The notes: generated from the sequence alone by a model not told the origin. A stretch of DNA of 64,000 bases from Eledone cirrhosa (GCA_964016885.1 OZ024741.1:301010001-301074000); one strand, 5' to 3'. Numbered from the stretch's first letter, positions 25,015 through 38,788 are shown. A program made the numbers and translations.

Positions 25015-25440
25015 TTTAAGTAAAAAGAAATCCAAACAAACTGGCGCGAAACCACCCAAACTTAACTCATATATGAAAAAACAACCTAAGCACCCCCGCT
25101 CCCCCCTTGTTTGAAGAACTTTGTAACGCGAACTGGCGCGAAATTTATTATACTTATTGACCAACCAATCAAAAACCTGGCGTTTCGAGCCACTTTTCTC
25201 CATATAAAACAAGTAACATTCAAAGACCAACCAGATGTGAGAAAAACCACAGACCCTCCATCTCAACTCTACTTTTGAAAAGCGGAACTGCGAAACCACT
25301 AAAGGAACAAGATAAATATATATATATATATTTTTTTAAATAATACTCCAGTTGCATTTTCGATCTTTTTTTCTTTATACTTTCACTCGTGTAGGACACC
25401 TCGGTTATTTTTCATTTTGTAAATAAACCTCACTTTCTAA
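25015..25440 (+). repeat. Solo pseudo-LTR of PLE family D with decayed U3-A8 HHR (~25268-25306)
   Basis: Matches 53115-53530 and 58465-58870. TTGAAAA GCGG AA CTGC GAAA CCACTA. TA-flanked. Confidence 0.8.
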
Positions 25441-25453
25441 TATATATATACAC

Positions 25454-25518
<65 letters not shown>

Positions 25519-27049
25519 GTGTGTGTGTGCGCGCGTTTGTGTGTGTGCGTTATATGTATACATGTATACATGTGAATATATATCGTAATATTTACAGAGA
25601 AACTATAAGTTGACAATATATTTTTCTTTCACAATATAGATAACTGTGATATGGGATATCTATGATTATCAATATCTTCTTTGTTTAGAGAAGCATATAT
25701 AAGGATATATAGATCTTCTTCCATGTTTCTTATCAAATATTCTGTGGGCTTTTCTTTTCTTCGAAGTTGAGTTAAAAAATATATTTATTTCCTATATAAC
25801 TGCCAATATTTTTCTGTATATTGCTTTCCTATACGAGTCGTCGTATCAATCATATAGAATCAGTTATGTTTGTATGTGCATACTAATGATCATCATGATG
25901 ATATATTACACTTTGATCATCTAGTCAGCATTAACGTGTGATGGATTACTTACAGCAAAATATATCAACATTAGCAACATACCATCAATCAATAGTTATC
26001 TCCCTTCTCAACTCAACCTTTGTGAGCGATTTAACAATAGATAGAGATGGCGGCCTTCCAACTGTATGTAAGACGAAATGCATCAAAATTTATTTTCTTT
26101 TTCTCTTGTGTTTATGTTAACTAATTTTTTAAAGGTTATTTCCTTCATAGTATTCATGAACATAAAATGTTTGTCAACTGTGAAGCAAAAAATATAAAAA
26201 ATATAAAATAAACTATCAAAAGAGAACTGATAAATATTAAAACCAAACATAGAAGCAAAATGTTGCAGCAAAAATATATCTAAAAATAATTATAGATGAA
26301 TACAATTTATAAATATACTTGGAAATGATTTTATTTCAGATGCTGTGACAAAAACATGATTTAATGTTTGATATGCTAAATCTAATAATATTCATGTTAC
26401 AACGAACACTCAATCAAGACAAAAAGAAAATTGCTCATTTTATAAAATGGTGCATGACAACTGAAGACAGAAATTAAAGAAATATACAAAACGAAGCCCA
26501 TCTAAAGCATAGTAACGCCATGATTCGATTGATAATATGATATACAACTTTAATCCGCCCACTTATCTACTTATACAGAAAATAATATGTTATAAACTGT
26601 CCTAAAACATTTTTCAATAGCTATCCTACTCCACTGTATTTATATCGTTTAACAGAAATGAAATATAAACCCCAAAAGTTCTGTTTTTACACTAAAGGAT
26701 CTCCCACCCCCTTCTGCAGTAGAGAAGAGTGCTAGATATTATAACCCGGAGTCTCGTGCACATAAAGAGAAACACCTGCATTTTTTTTTATGGTGAACTA
26801 TATTCCCATGATATTTCTTGAGGAAGTCGAATGATCGAATAGAATACTGGCAGTTGGTGCTTTGATTTATCGATCCTGAGAGGATAAGATGCATATTTGA
26901 TACATGTCGGAATTGAACTCAGAACAGGTGAGCCAGAATACTAGGCATTGTATCTGGGGCTTTAATGACTCTGTGAAATAATAACAAACACAAGAAATTG
27001 GGTATTCTTTTACAGATGTATTATCAATGTAAAACATGATAATATAATA

Positions 27050-27238
27050 ATTGTTTCTAGTTTTTGGCACAAGGCCACAATTATCCAGTGCATTACTGGT
27101 ACTTTATTTTATCGAGCTCGTAAGTATGAAAAGCAAATTTAACCTCGGCGGGATTTGAGCTCAGAATGTCAAGGGCCGTAACTCTCTGCGTCAAAGCATG
27201 GCGTCCGATCCTCTACCGATACTGCCAATGAACCGCCA
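27050..27238 (-). mobile_element. tRNA-derived SINE
   Basis: Full-length rc match to 7751-7940. Confidence 0.87.
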
Positions 27239-27904
27239 TGATAATATAATAATGTTGATTTTGAAATTTTGAAAGGTTAGTTCACTATTTTGATTAGAAT
27301 AATGGGTCACATTGACAGAGTATGTGACATCTACATTATTTTCTAGATTCCATAAAAAGAGATTTAACCATTTTGGTATTTAAAGGCTATTATTTTTGTT
27401 CTTGACTGGGGTTGAATACAACGATAGCAGTTTAGTTAAATCATTACAACCGAATTGATTGGAAATCGGAATGTAACTGATATTTGTAAGAATTCACCTT
27501 GTGTCTCCGGCAGTCAAAAGATTTTACAGACATAATGGTGTCGTTATAACCTTAACCCCAACCCTAACACTAACCCTAATGTGATATTGCTACGGTCCTC
27601 ACCATCGGTTAAAGCGCCAACATCTCTTCTAATTTTACGGATGACAAAATGAAAAAAGCGGAGAATTGATGCTTACGTTTCCATGTAAGAAGTAAATGAG
27701 ATAATGTTTCGTGCTATTAGTTGTGTGTGATTTAGTGAGAGTTAGGAGTGCGTGAGGAAGTTAAATTTTAGGTAGGATTTCCCTATTTGAAAGTATGAAT
27801 ACTAGGTCGATGAGAAAGTGATCAGGGAAGCTTTGTAAAGCATAATGATAGCATTGCAGCAATCTCAAACTCATAGTATAGCACAGGAAGGAGTTGTATA
27901 ATAA

Positions 27905-28085
27905 TGATTTCTAGTATAGGCACAAGGCCAGTAATTTGAGGGGAGGGGAAACTCGATTAAATCTACCTCAGTACGTTACTGGTGCTTTATTTGATCGACC
28001 CCCGTCAGGATGAAAGGCAAAGTTAACCTCGGCGGGATTTGAACTCAGACTATAATTGACCGTAACTCTATGCTGCAAAGCATAG
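27905..28085 (-). mobile_element. tRNA-derived SINE, longer 3' variant
   Basis: Same core plus a GAGGGGAGGGGAAACTCGATTAAATC insert, as in the 59291 copy. Confidence 0.8.
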
Positions 28086-28161
28086 AGTTGTAAAATAATG
28101 AGAATCATTAGATCTATCAATTAATAGAGTCATTGACTTACAAATTTGAAGAATTAGCTGC

Positions 28162-28198
<37 letters not shown>

Positions 28199-28240
28199 TA
28201 TACGCGTGTGTGCGTGCGCGCGCGTGTGTGTGTGCGTGTG

Positions 28241-28313
<73 letters not shown>

Positions 28314-29215
28314 CGATAGTCTGGAAGGTTTGAAGACGAATATAGAATCGATACGAGAAATGCACTAAAAGAAATAATGAAAACAAATCTTATGAAAATA
28401 CAAGAAATAAAAATAAATATTTACAGCCTAGAAAGCAGTATAAACAAAACACAGCTCTTATGAATAGTGAAAGGAAAATTCAATCAGTGTCTGAACTGTG
28501 CTAAAGAATAAGTAAATGAAGTGTCAGACACGGATAAATGAAATCGATACTGCTAAAGTATTTGGAATAGAAAATTGGAACGTTAAGCACTATTTAAAAG
28601 ATTATTTTATTAGAGTTTTATACTATCATAAACCATTATTGTATGTAATTAGTAGGTGAAAAACAAACCCCTCAGTCTTCTTGGTTAAAATCTGTTTGGT
28701 TATTTACTCGTACTTGAAGATATCTTGTTATATGACAAGTGCATCACCACGAAAAAATATGCCCCCGAACCTTTTAATCTAGTAAGCTTGAATATTCAGT
28801 CTAGAATTTAATTTATGACTTAAATATATAATTGCAGGTTATCCCTTGAAACTATTTGAACATTCTAATATATCATTGAATTAAAGACAATATCAGTATT
28901 CTGTGACCCTAATATTTGCATTATATTACAAATCGTTGGATTTCCGTGAGTACAATTTACAAATCAAGTTACATAAACAACCCGCTTTGAAATTGTAAAA
29001 AACAAAAATCCTGACATGTGGCGAAAGACATTCTAATGCATTTTGTATGGAGAAAAATAAAACGTAAAAGTATTTCCTACAGAATTTGAATATGTTACTA
29101 CGGCTAATGTACAATCACACTCTTTAGAGACGGCGCTGTGGTCAAATAAGTGAAATAAATATGCATTAAATGGACAATCGAAATGTTTTACCTGACAGCG
29201 AACATGAAGATTAAT

Positions 29216-29295
<80 letters not shown>

Positions 29296-29397
29296 TCAGG
29301 TTATCAATAATGTAGTGATAATATATCGTTACGTTAGAGATGAACAGCGTACGTGCAGGTTTGCTCAACGAGTATAAATTATATTCCGGAGAAATGT

Positions 29398-31652
29398 AGA
29401 AAGGATGAATATAAAATGAAAGTGCTTTTGTTAAAAAAGGAATTTATTAGGTATTGACATATGTTTCTGTAACAGACCGAATACCTATGTATCGCTGCTT
29501 GCGTAATCATATAATGTTAGCAAGTATTCGATAGCAAATGTATAATCAGTTGTCACTTCTTCAGAGATTTTGGATAAACTGGATAAAATCAGAAAAATTG
29601 AAGTATTTATATTAGTAAAAGAGGAAGGAACAGAGGGGATAGAATATGACAGATGGTAAAATAATTTACTGCTAAACAAGTATATAATGGGTTTTTAATG
29701 AGAATACCATGAGTAAATCTAAATAAGAATTTTGGGAGTGCCGATTTTAATCTCTACTTGACCAACTGGACAGTGGACAGGGCTGGTCATTTGGTGCAGT
29801 AGTATTAATCATAAAGTGTCAATTGGGGAAGGGGGAGATTTCGATTGCTACTAAATAACATCAATGCTAGTAGTCAGCTGGTATTTCCACTAGATACTCA
29901 ATACAGATACGATTAAACCGTTCCATAAACTAAATGAGAACCTTAAATATGTAAATACGAGTTCTAACCATCCACTCTCTATAATTAAATCCATCCCTAG
30001 AAATGTTTCTCTTAGAATCTCCCGCCTATCGTCCAACCAACAAACCTTCAAAGAACATGCCGAGTATTATGATGATGCACTTAGGAAAGCCGGTCACCTA
30101 GATAATATAGAGTATATAGTCAATGATCACCAAAACACCCAAAATAAATCACATAGGAGTAGAAATAGCACAGAATCACCACCATACATACACTACCGCA
30201 ATAGACACAATAATAGTCGCACACCACCAAACAGAAGGCGATGTAAGGAGTATATCTGGTACAACCCAGTCTATAACAAATCTATTAAAACCAATCTACC
30301 CACAAAATTCTTTCGATTAGTTAGAAAACACTTTCCAACATCACATAAATATAATAAAATCTTAAACCCTAACACCATCCGACTTTCATATTCAACCGCC
30401 CCTAATATTGAACAACATATAAAAATGCTTAACGCAAAACGGTTGTATAAACGCCTTCCAACACATAACAATACACGTAAAACATTAGCTATAACATCAC
30501 AAAACAACAAACAACATCCTGTCCTGCATAAGCAACCTCATCAACCCATCCATGGCAATACAACAACGCAAAATTGTAATTGCAACTGTGTCCAACCAGG
30601 AATGTGTCCGTTGAACAATCAGTGTCTTGAACGCAACATCGTATACAAATGTACTATCGAATCGGATAGACAGAAGTGGTACTATGTGGGATCTACAGCC
30701 ACCTCCTTTAAATCACGCCTTTATAGACATCGTTATTCGATAAAACATGAAAACCAGCGTTATGTAACAACACTCGCAGACAAGGCTTGGCAGCTGCGTG
30801 AAAATAACCAACAATTTCACCTAAAATGGGATATAATAGCGAGTGCCCCCCCATATCCCAATGGACAGGAATTTTGTAAATTATGTAATGTAGAATTATT
30901 TTGTATTATGAAATCCAAAAACATTTTATTAAATAACAGAATAGAGCGATCGTTATACTGTAACCATCGCTTAAAATCTACATTTTCATATTATAAATAC
31001 TACCAGGATTGAACGCCTGTCTCTATCCCCGTTTGATTGTCAAAATAGATATGAACATTCTTTATTAGTCTTAATTCTATCAACTCTTCTATTATTTACC
31101 TTTTAATACAAACTGCTATAGATAAAATGAGATTTCTGATTTTTTGATTCAATTCCCTAGTGGAAATACCAGCTGACTACTAGCATTGATGTTATTTAGT
31201 AGCAATCGAAATCTCCCCCTTCCCCAATTGACACTTTATGATTAATACTACTGCACCAAATGACCAGCCCTGTCCACTGTCCAGTTGGTCAAGTAGAGAT
31301 TAAAATCGGCACTCCCAAAATTCTTATTTAGATTTACTCATGGTATTCTCATTAAAAACCCATTATATACTTGTTTAGCAGTAAATTATTTTACCATCTG
31401 TCATATTCTATCCCCTCTGTTCCTTCCTCTTTTACTAATATAAATACTTCAATTTTTCTGATTTTATCCAGTTTATCCAAAATCTCTGAAGAAGTGACAA
31501 CTGATTATACATTTGCTATCGAATACTTGCTAACATTATATGATTACGCAAGCAGCGATACATAGGTATTCGGTCTGTTACAGAAACATATGTCAATACC
31601 TAATAAATTCCTTTTTTAACAAAAGCACTTTCATTTTATATTCATCCTTTCT
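29398..31652 (+). mobile_element. Penelope-like element family C (Hydra-like), 5'-truncated, with ~495 bp inverted pseudo-LTR copies
   Basis: 29398-29893 is the rc of 31157-31652 (identical mirror ORFs 29485 and 31371). Between them: LKYVNTSSNHP, WYNP, CNCVQPGMCPL, NIVYKC...YYVGST. Confidence 0.92.
30425..31012 (+). CDS. PLE GIY-YIG endonuclease portion (RT thumb upstream from ~29894)
   Basis: CxCx5C linker, IVY..YVG motif, FKSRLYRH, LKWDII, CKLCNVE. Homologous to ORF 10194-11663. Confidence 0.88.
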   Translation: MLNAKRLYKRLPTHNNTRKTLAITSQNNKQHPVLHKQPHQPIHGNTTTQNCNCNCVQPGMCPLNNQCLERNIVYKCTIESDRQKWYYVGSTATSFKSRLYRHRYSIKHENQRYVTTLADKAWQLRENNQQFHLKWDIIASAPPYPNGQEFCKLCNVELFCIMKSKNILLNNRIERSLYCNHRLKSTFSYYKYYQD

Positions 31653-31671
31653 ATATATATATATATATATA

Positions 31672-32089
31672 ATGAGTGTCCAAGTCTCAGACCAATACTT
31701 GGACACTGACCAAGAAACTCACTCAGATGGTGGATGGGTGCTACACGAGAATGTTGAGGATGGCTCTGAACATTAATCAGTATACACTGAGGATGAAAAA
31801 CTCAGAGCTGTATGGGAGCATCCCAAAAGTTAGCTCAAAAGTGACACAGAGGAGACTGAGGTTAGCTGGACATGCTCACCGACATCCAGAGTTGACATTG
31901 CACTCAGTGCTCCTTTGGGAGCCCCTACATGGACACACTAGAAGTGAAGACCAAGGTTAACGTATGTTGATGCCCTAAGGACAGACACTGGTCTGTTGGA
32001 GCCGCAGGACATGGCAGCGATAATGAGGGACAGAGACCGCTGGAGAGAACTCGTCCATGGATCTCGGGAATTTTACCCGCCTTAGATAG
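31672..32089 (+). mobile_element. RTE-like LINE 3' fragment
   Basis: WTLTK...DGCYTRMLRMALNI...RRLRLAGHAHRHPE...LLWEP..G. Ends in TAGATAG. Confidence 0.8.
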
Positions 32090-32324
32090 TTATATAATGA
32101 GAGGTACGCAGATATATGTGCATACATACACATGTATATATACACATATATATTTTCCCAAATATGTGAATGTGTGTGTTGTCGACCTTAACCAGTGTTG
32201 CTCTATGATTATGAGAGATAAAACAATCGAAATAATTAAATTCACTCGATATCAGAGCTATGTAACAAATTATAAAGTAAGAAGAAGTAATAGATACAGA
32301 TATATACCTCTGTTTTCCTCAATG

Positions 32325-32415
32325 TCCCGACTGTACAGTTTCGCTGGTCAGTATGCAACAATTTTACATTATAGAGGTGTAACATTGTTATGAGGCATAC
32401 CAGCTTCTCAAGGGA
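32325..32415 (-). ncRNA. Hammerhead ribozyme, U3-A8 variant (left arm)
   Basis: Reverse complement of 32974-33064. Confidence 0.78.
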
Positions 32416-32973
32416 ACTCCTCAGGGAAAGAGCGCTTTCCAGACACGTTTGTAGCAAGCGAGAAAATCTTAAAAAGGTGGAGGGAGAGATTATCACGTGA
32501 TACACCAGTCAAGAAAGGTGACTAAATCCCTTGTAGCAGTGAAAAAATATCTCAGAAGGCGGAGGGAGAAGTTAATACAAAATACTGAGGTTACAGGGGG
32601 GGGGTAAAGTTGACTGAAAGTGGTTATAGTGTTTGCTTAAAAGCAGTTACTATACTTCTGTGGTTACTCGATGCACATATATGTGCGTACCTCTCATTAT
32701 TGTCTCAAACTCCCACACGGTCGAGTAACCACGGAAGTATAGTAACTGCTTTTAAGCAAACACTATAACCACTTTCAGTCAACTTTACCTCTCCACTGTA
32801 ACTTTGGTATCATGTATTAACTTCTCCCTCCGCCTTCTGAGATATTTTTCACTGCTACAAGGGATTAGTCCCCTTCTTGACTGGTGTATCATGTGATAAT
32901 CTCTCCCTCCACCTTTTTGAGATTTTCTCGCTTGCTACGAACGTGTCTGGAAAGCGCTCTTTCCCTGAGGAGT

Positions 32974-33064
32974 TCCCTTGAGAAGCTGGTATGCCTCATA
33001 ACAATGTTACACCTCTATAATGTAAAATTGTTGCATACTGACCAGCGAAACTGTACAGTCGGGA
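32974..33064 (+). ncRNA. Hammerhead ribozyme, U3-A8 variant with extended stem II
   Basis: TCCC-TTGAGAA-GCTGGT[...]ACCAGC-GAAAC-TGTACA-GTC|GGGA. Inner helices ATGC/GCAT, AACAAT/ATTGTT, TTACA/TGTAA. 10-nt palindrome ACTGTACAGT. Confidence 0.8.
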
Positions 33065-33122
33065 CATTGAGGAAAAATAGGTATATATCTGTGTCTATTA
33101 CTTCTTCTTACTTTATAATTTG

Positions 33123-33200
<78 letters not shown>

Positions 33201-33206
<6 letters not shown>

Positions 33207-33318
33207 GTTTGGAGTTGTAAGGCCAAGGCAATGCAGGTATGGATATATATATCTATATCCATATATATATATATATCCATACCTGCATTGCCTTGGCCTT
33301 ACAACTCCAAACGTTTAT
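33201..33318. repeat. Short perfect hairpin (~50 bp arms, TA-rich centre)
   Basis: ATAAACGTTTGGAGTTGTAAGGCCAAGGCAATGCAGGTATGGATATAT followed by its exact reverse complement. Confidence 0.9.
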
Positions 33319-34913
33319 ACCTCATTACAAAATGCTCCAAGTGATCTACAACTTCCTCCTATATATATATATATATATACACACACAAGATATGTCTATT
33401 CCAAACCGCAAATACAGAAATAGGTTTTATTCCCGTTAAAATAACGGTGCATATAAACGCTCGTTATGTTAATTCCCTAAAGGCAAGGCTAGGTTTACTG
33501 GAATGGAAAAATGCATACTATAATGCATACTATACTATGCTACGTCTCACATAACATCCTGAATATCATCATCCACATTTACGGTAAAAATATTGAAAAG
33601 GGGAACTTTTGAAATGCTTAAAAATGAAATCTTTCTCCATTGGCATGCATTAGGATGTTAATGAATCATCCAGGTAATATCACTGCACTGATAACACTTG
33701 CCCACCGTGAAATTGTTGCCATTATATGTGCACTAAATTGACCAAGCGTTCGTCTAACTTTTACAGGTGTTCCTAACAAGGGCCCCAATATTGTACTAAA
33801 TGATTATCACAGCGGGTGAGGGATGTGTGAAAACGTCTGGAATTTGGTAACTTTTGCTTGTCATCTATTTCATCTGAAACTGTACAACATTATAATGTAT
33901 TAATTTAGTGCTACAAATGTATATTTTCGTCCCATATATCTTTTAAACAGTTATATAGCATATTACCTGATATTAACATATTCCTGTTATTTGGAACATG
34001 CGCACATACCAGACTTGTAAATTATAATTGATAAATGCTGCTAAAGTTTAGGAATATCAGCAAACTAATATAAATTGTAATTTTGATTCATTTACTTGTC
34101 AAAGTACAGATTGTGTAGTATATGAACTTTTTTTCTTTCCTGAATAACACCAATTAAGTTGAATATCGATGTTATAAACCCAATGACTACTTATATGTAT
34201 ATGTATTAGATATGGAATACCTATATGTACTTGTATTAAGAATTCACAGACAAGTTAAGATATGTCGCTCAAGCAAGTTTGTAAAGATACAGCAATACTC
34301 TTTCAAAATGAATAGCTTATAATAAAGCATGCATCAATGACTTTCTTACGAAGTTAAATGACGTTCCATTGCAACTAAATATTCTGGCCAATATATATCC
34401 AAGAAATAAGAAACGGAAAGTGTGAAAATCAATACATATTCTTAGGTGAAAAATTGTTATTGATCTATTCAAGCAAATAATTTGTGCTTTGTAATTCTAA
34501 GAAATATGTCATATTTCTTTCAGTTTTAGTAAAGCATGGAACAACTAATCTACAAATTGCCCTAGAGCAGTAGTAAAGAAACGTTATCAGGTTTTGGTTC
34601 ATTTAGAAGAGAAAATACTAGATGTCTTCAGAGATTTTCTGAATAATGCAGAGAATATCAATCATACGATTAAAATGTGAATGCTTTATAGCCATAAGAA
34701 TTGAATATATCAAGGAAAGTGACAAGAATTTTCTCATAGGAATTATTCTAAATCGACTATATCACGCAAAATTTCTCTTTCTGTCTCTTTGCGTCTATAT
34801 GTATCATATACATATTATATATATATACATATATATATGCAGGAAGCCCTCATATATACATGAAGATGCACAGAAGATTTTGGAAATTGTTTAAAGTAAG
34901 TTCTCACCACTCG

Positions 34914-35020
<107 letters not shown>

Positions 35021-35919
35021 GCGTGTTTGTGTGCGCGTGTGTGCGGCTGTGTGTGTCGCTGTTTGTGTGTGTACCTTACAAATATATGATTAGATTCAAT
35101 ATATGGCTGCTTTTGAAATACGTTGAATAGATTATATTTGTATATGGTAACTAAAAGAGACATCCGATAATGTTTCCTGATTCTACTTTCTTGGTCGCAT
35201 GAAATAGATCGCATGAAATAGGTCGCATGAATAGATCGCGTGAAATTATTACAGATACCGGTCACATAATCCATGATCTTGATTAATTTACCCTTGAATG
35301 AGTCTTTCAGATTATGAGACTTTTTATAACGGTTGATAGATGATATGGTATAGTCCGTAAGTACTGATGGAGTCGTATTGGGGGCGGCGGGGCGTATTGA
35401 CAAGCGCCGTTTCTTGGGCATTTTAACCCTTTAGCATTTAAACCGGCCGTATCCGGTCAGAATTCTCTTAACTCTTTCTGTTCAAATGAGCCATAACCGG
35501 CTTCTTATGATGATGTTTATCTATTATTCTCAAAATTTATAATATCAAAATCTCGTAGGTTTAATATTACCGTGAAAGTATAATAGTAAATATGGAATAA
35601 TGTAAATGCCTAAGGGATAAGTCTGACAGAGCCCATTTCCTCTCTAGACTAGTTTGATAGATATTTCTTTTAAATTATTTTCAAATACATTTCTACAATT
35701 AGTTCCTTAATTTTGAACTGTAATTGTTTTCCAAGGGGTTGTATATTGTATAGTGATGATGACGTAATAGCTGTCCTGGTTTTAGCAGTGATTTTTAAAA
35801 GTATTTTCTGGCCATTCATGAGAAATTTGCACTGATAGTCAACATATATTACATATTTTCTCCAAATCTTCATTTGGCTATTGGCAAGAATGGTGAATAC
35901 AGCATATCATTATAGTTTA

Positions 35920-36085
35920 TAGAGGGTCGGGCGCCATGCTTTACAGCATAGTTACGTCCCTTTACGGTCTGAGTTCAAATCCCGTCGAGGTTAACTTTGC
36001 CTTTCATCCTTTCGGGGTCGATAAAATAAAGTACCAGTAATACACTGGGATAATTGCTGGCCCTGTGCCAAAAGTAGAAACAATT
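35920..36085 (+). mobile_element. tRNA-derived SINE, 5'-clipped
   Basis: GAGTTCAAATCCCG B-box and conserved body. Confidence 0.85.
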
Positions 36086-36844
36086 ATAATTTATATTGTA
36101 TTTGAAATGCTTTAGTGATGCAACTCATTCTGTTCAATTTCTCCTTTTCATCAATTCTGTTGAACTTTCTTTAAATACGTCATTCGTTAAATATTTTCTA
36201 TAATTTTGAAAGTATATGATAGGTAGTACTACTTTATATTTGTCTTTCTAGTACTGTTGAAGTACGTTGTTTTATCTAGTGTGATACCAAATGAATGTAG
36301 AGTATTTATTACCGTCATGTGCATTTGAGTGCATATTTCATCTCGATCGAAGTCTGTCTTGCGCTTTCCTTATATGTCTCGTACATCATCTAATATACTC
36401 GCAATAAGAACCATGTAAAGGTATTTGCATTCAGGTGAAGATGGCTCAGATTGTGTATATCAGTTACATGTGATACTTATGTATCTGAAACAGCTCTTCG
36501 AGGTCAATCATAGTGTAGAAATGAAGTCAAAGGAGTACCTAAAAATATTTCTAAAGTATGTTAACATTGTGGTTGGTATTTTGGAGTGAGTTGTTCAAAT
36601 GTAGTAATACACATTGGAAAACAAATTAACATGTGTGGATTCTCAGCATTATTCATTCTAAAAACATAGAACGCCTACAGCACACATGGGGGGATAGCTT
36701 GCGAGGGATGTACTCAACAACCCCCATTGGATTTAATTGTATAAAAAAACATTCCTGAATGGTGTTCATCATCGGCTAGAAACGACGAAAGAAAGTGATA
36801 TCAAATTAAAGAATTTAAAACTGTGTCAACAGTTCGATATTCGA

Positions 36845-37228
36845 GGCCAACCTTTCCCTATGGTAATGAATCTTGAGTAATGGCCGAAAGAATACGATCG
36901 CAAATACAATCGGCCGAAATGAGGTTCCTCCGAAGGGTATTTGGAGTAAGGTTACACGATAGAGTGTGTAGTTCTTCGAATTGAGAGATCACACCACCGA
37001 TACTATGGGCATGATGTTAGAATGTTTCAGGAAAGAATCGCCGGACAGATTTTATGGGCAAAACCAACCAACAGGAGACCCAAGGGTAGACCCAGATCAG
37101 GATGGTTGGATAATATCCATCAGCTCCACTGGTCTCGCTTGGGGATCCAGCCGGATCAGTTGGAAACGGTTGCTTCTGACAGGACCATCTGGAAGGAGTG
37201 TTTGAGGAATCTGCTCCTTGACCCTCTC

Positions 37229-37261
<33 letters not shown>

Positions 37262-37290
37262 AAGAAGAAGAAGAAGAAGAAGAAGAAGAA
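36845..37290 (+). mobile_element. RTE-clade LINE 3' fragment with (AAG)n tail
   Basis: YGNES.VMAERIRSQIQSAEMRFLRRVFGV ... RPKGRPRSGWLDNI. (AAG)n at 37232-37290. Confidence 0.8.
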
Positions 37291-37639
37291 ACCTGTATCT
37301 ACCTTCACAATGTGTGAGAGAATTTTTGTTATTATATATCCATATATCGTTGGTAATTTTTGATTTTTTGATATTCTTAAGGCTTGTGTAAATATATATA
37401 TTATACTACAGTAAATTGCAGCAATAAATCATTCCGAAAATTGAATATGATTGACTATGAAAATGAAAATTAAGAAAATAAGAACGGATTAGAAATTAAT
37501 GATTCACATTTTAAAATAAACACATTTAAACAGCATATTCACTTTCATTCTCAATAAAGTTATATTAAAAGCTTAATGGGAGATTAAAAAATAATTGATA
37601 AACACGCTCACAAATATTCACAAGCATATATATATAGTA

Positions 37640-37825
37640 ATTGTTGTTTCTACTTTTTGCACAAGGCCAGCAATTACCCAGTACAATACTGGTACTTTAT
37701 TTTATCGACCCCGTAAGGATGAAAGGCAAAGTCAACCTCGGCGGGATTTGAACTCGGATCGTAAAGGGACGTAACTATGCTGCAAAGCATGGCGTCCGAC
37801 TCTCTACCGATACCACCAATTCACT
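37640..37825 (-). mobile_element. tRNA-derived SINE
   Basis: rc match to 55009-55195. Confidence 0.87.
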
Positions 37826-37906
37826 ATATATAGTTAAAATAATACATTATTGAAGACTAAAATCCAAAGAGGGCTCGATAAGGATAGATATATATCAAAT
37901 ATATAA

Positions 37907-37950
<44 letters not shown>

Positions 37951-38717
37951 GTACATACACACACACACGCACACATATATATATATATATTCGTATATGT
38001 ATATATATATATGTGTGTGTGTATGTGTGTGTGGGTGTGTGTATGTACGTATGTATATATATATATATATATGTACGTATATATATATGTATGTATGCTT
38101 GGTATATCATGTGTTAGTTAATCAACACTAGTTGATAGAGCACACGAGGAATTATATATGCAGGCATGTGTACTCCGTTGTGATTGTTATAACAATGATG
38201 TAGATATCAATAGGTTAGGATTTACCTCATTTACGTAATCGCTGTTATAAGTATTTCGATGGTAACTCTAATGTAACAGTTATGATATCATCAGACATCT
38301 ATTACGTGAAAGTAAATGTGTATGGATAGAAATTACAGGAATAAGATGACATGGACAAAAATATCGTTAAAAATTACTCATGCTGTTTCCATTCTGTGAT
38401 ATGCCACGGGCGAGTTATTGATGATGATCCTTCAAAATTGATATATTAGGTAATATAAATCACTACACAACATCATCACAAAGAATGTAAACGACACCGA
38501 GCTAGTGCTTGAAGTTAGTTCCAACGCTCCATCTGCCTAGCTTTCCTAAATTCCCTCGTGGTGCCATGATCTGAGATCGTCGACTTAGTCTGCTGTAAGG
38601 TCGTTTGTAAATTATTTAGCAGTAGGGGAGAACATGACAGCCACACTTATAAACACACACACACACACATACACACACACGCGCGCACGCACACACACAG
38701 ACTCTCACACACACACA

Positions 38718-38756
<39 letters not shown>

Positions 38757-38788
38757 GCACACGCACACACACACACACACACACACAC

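Larger units (their letters stand above)
32260..33126. repeat. Fold-back element (~405 bp arms) with a U3-A8 HHR in each arm
   Basis: 32260-32670 is the rc of 32721-33126 (mirror ORFs 32242 and 32884). Additional inverted pair 32094-32123 / 32671-32700. Confidence 0.92.

Noticed and set aside
26461-26490. CTGAAGA...GAAA
   Set aside because: No pairing for stem I or II, so a chance match.
27547-27580. Telomere-like (TAACCC)n
   Set aside because: Only about 5 degenerate interstitial units, no evidence of a chromosome end.
35193-35246. CRISPR-like short repeats
   Set aside because: Adjacent 13-14 bp tandem units without spacers, no cas genes, eukaryotic context.
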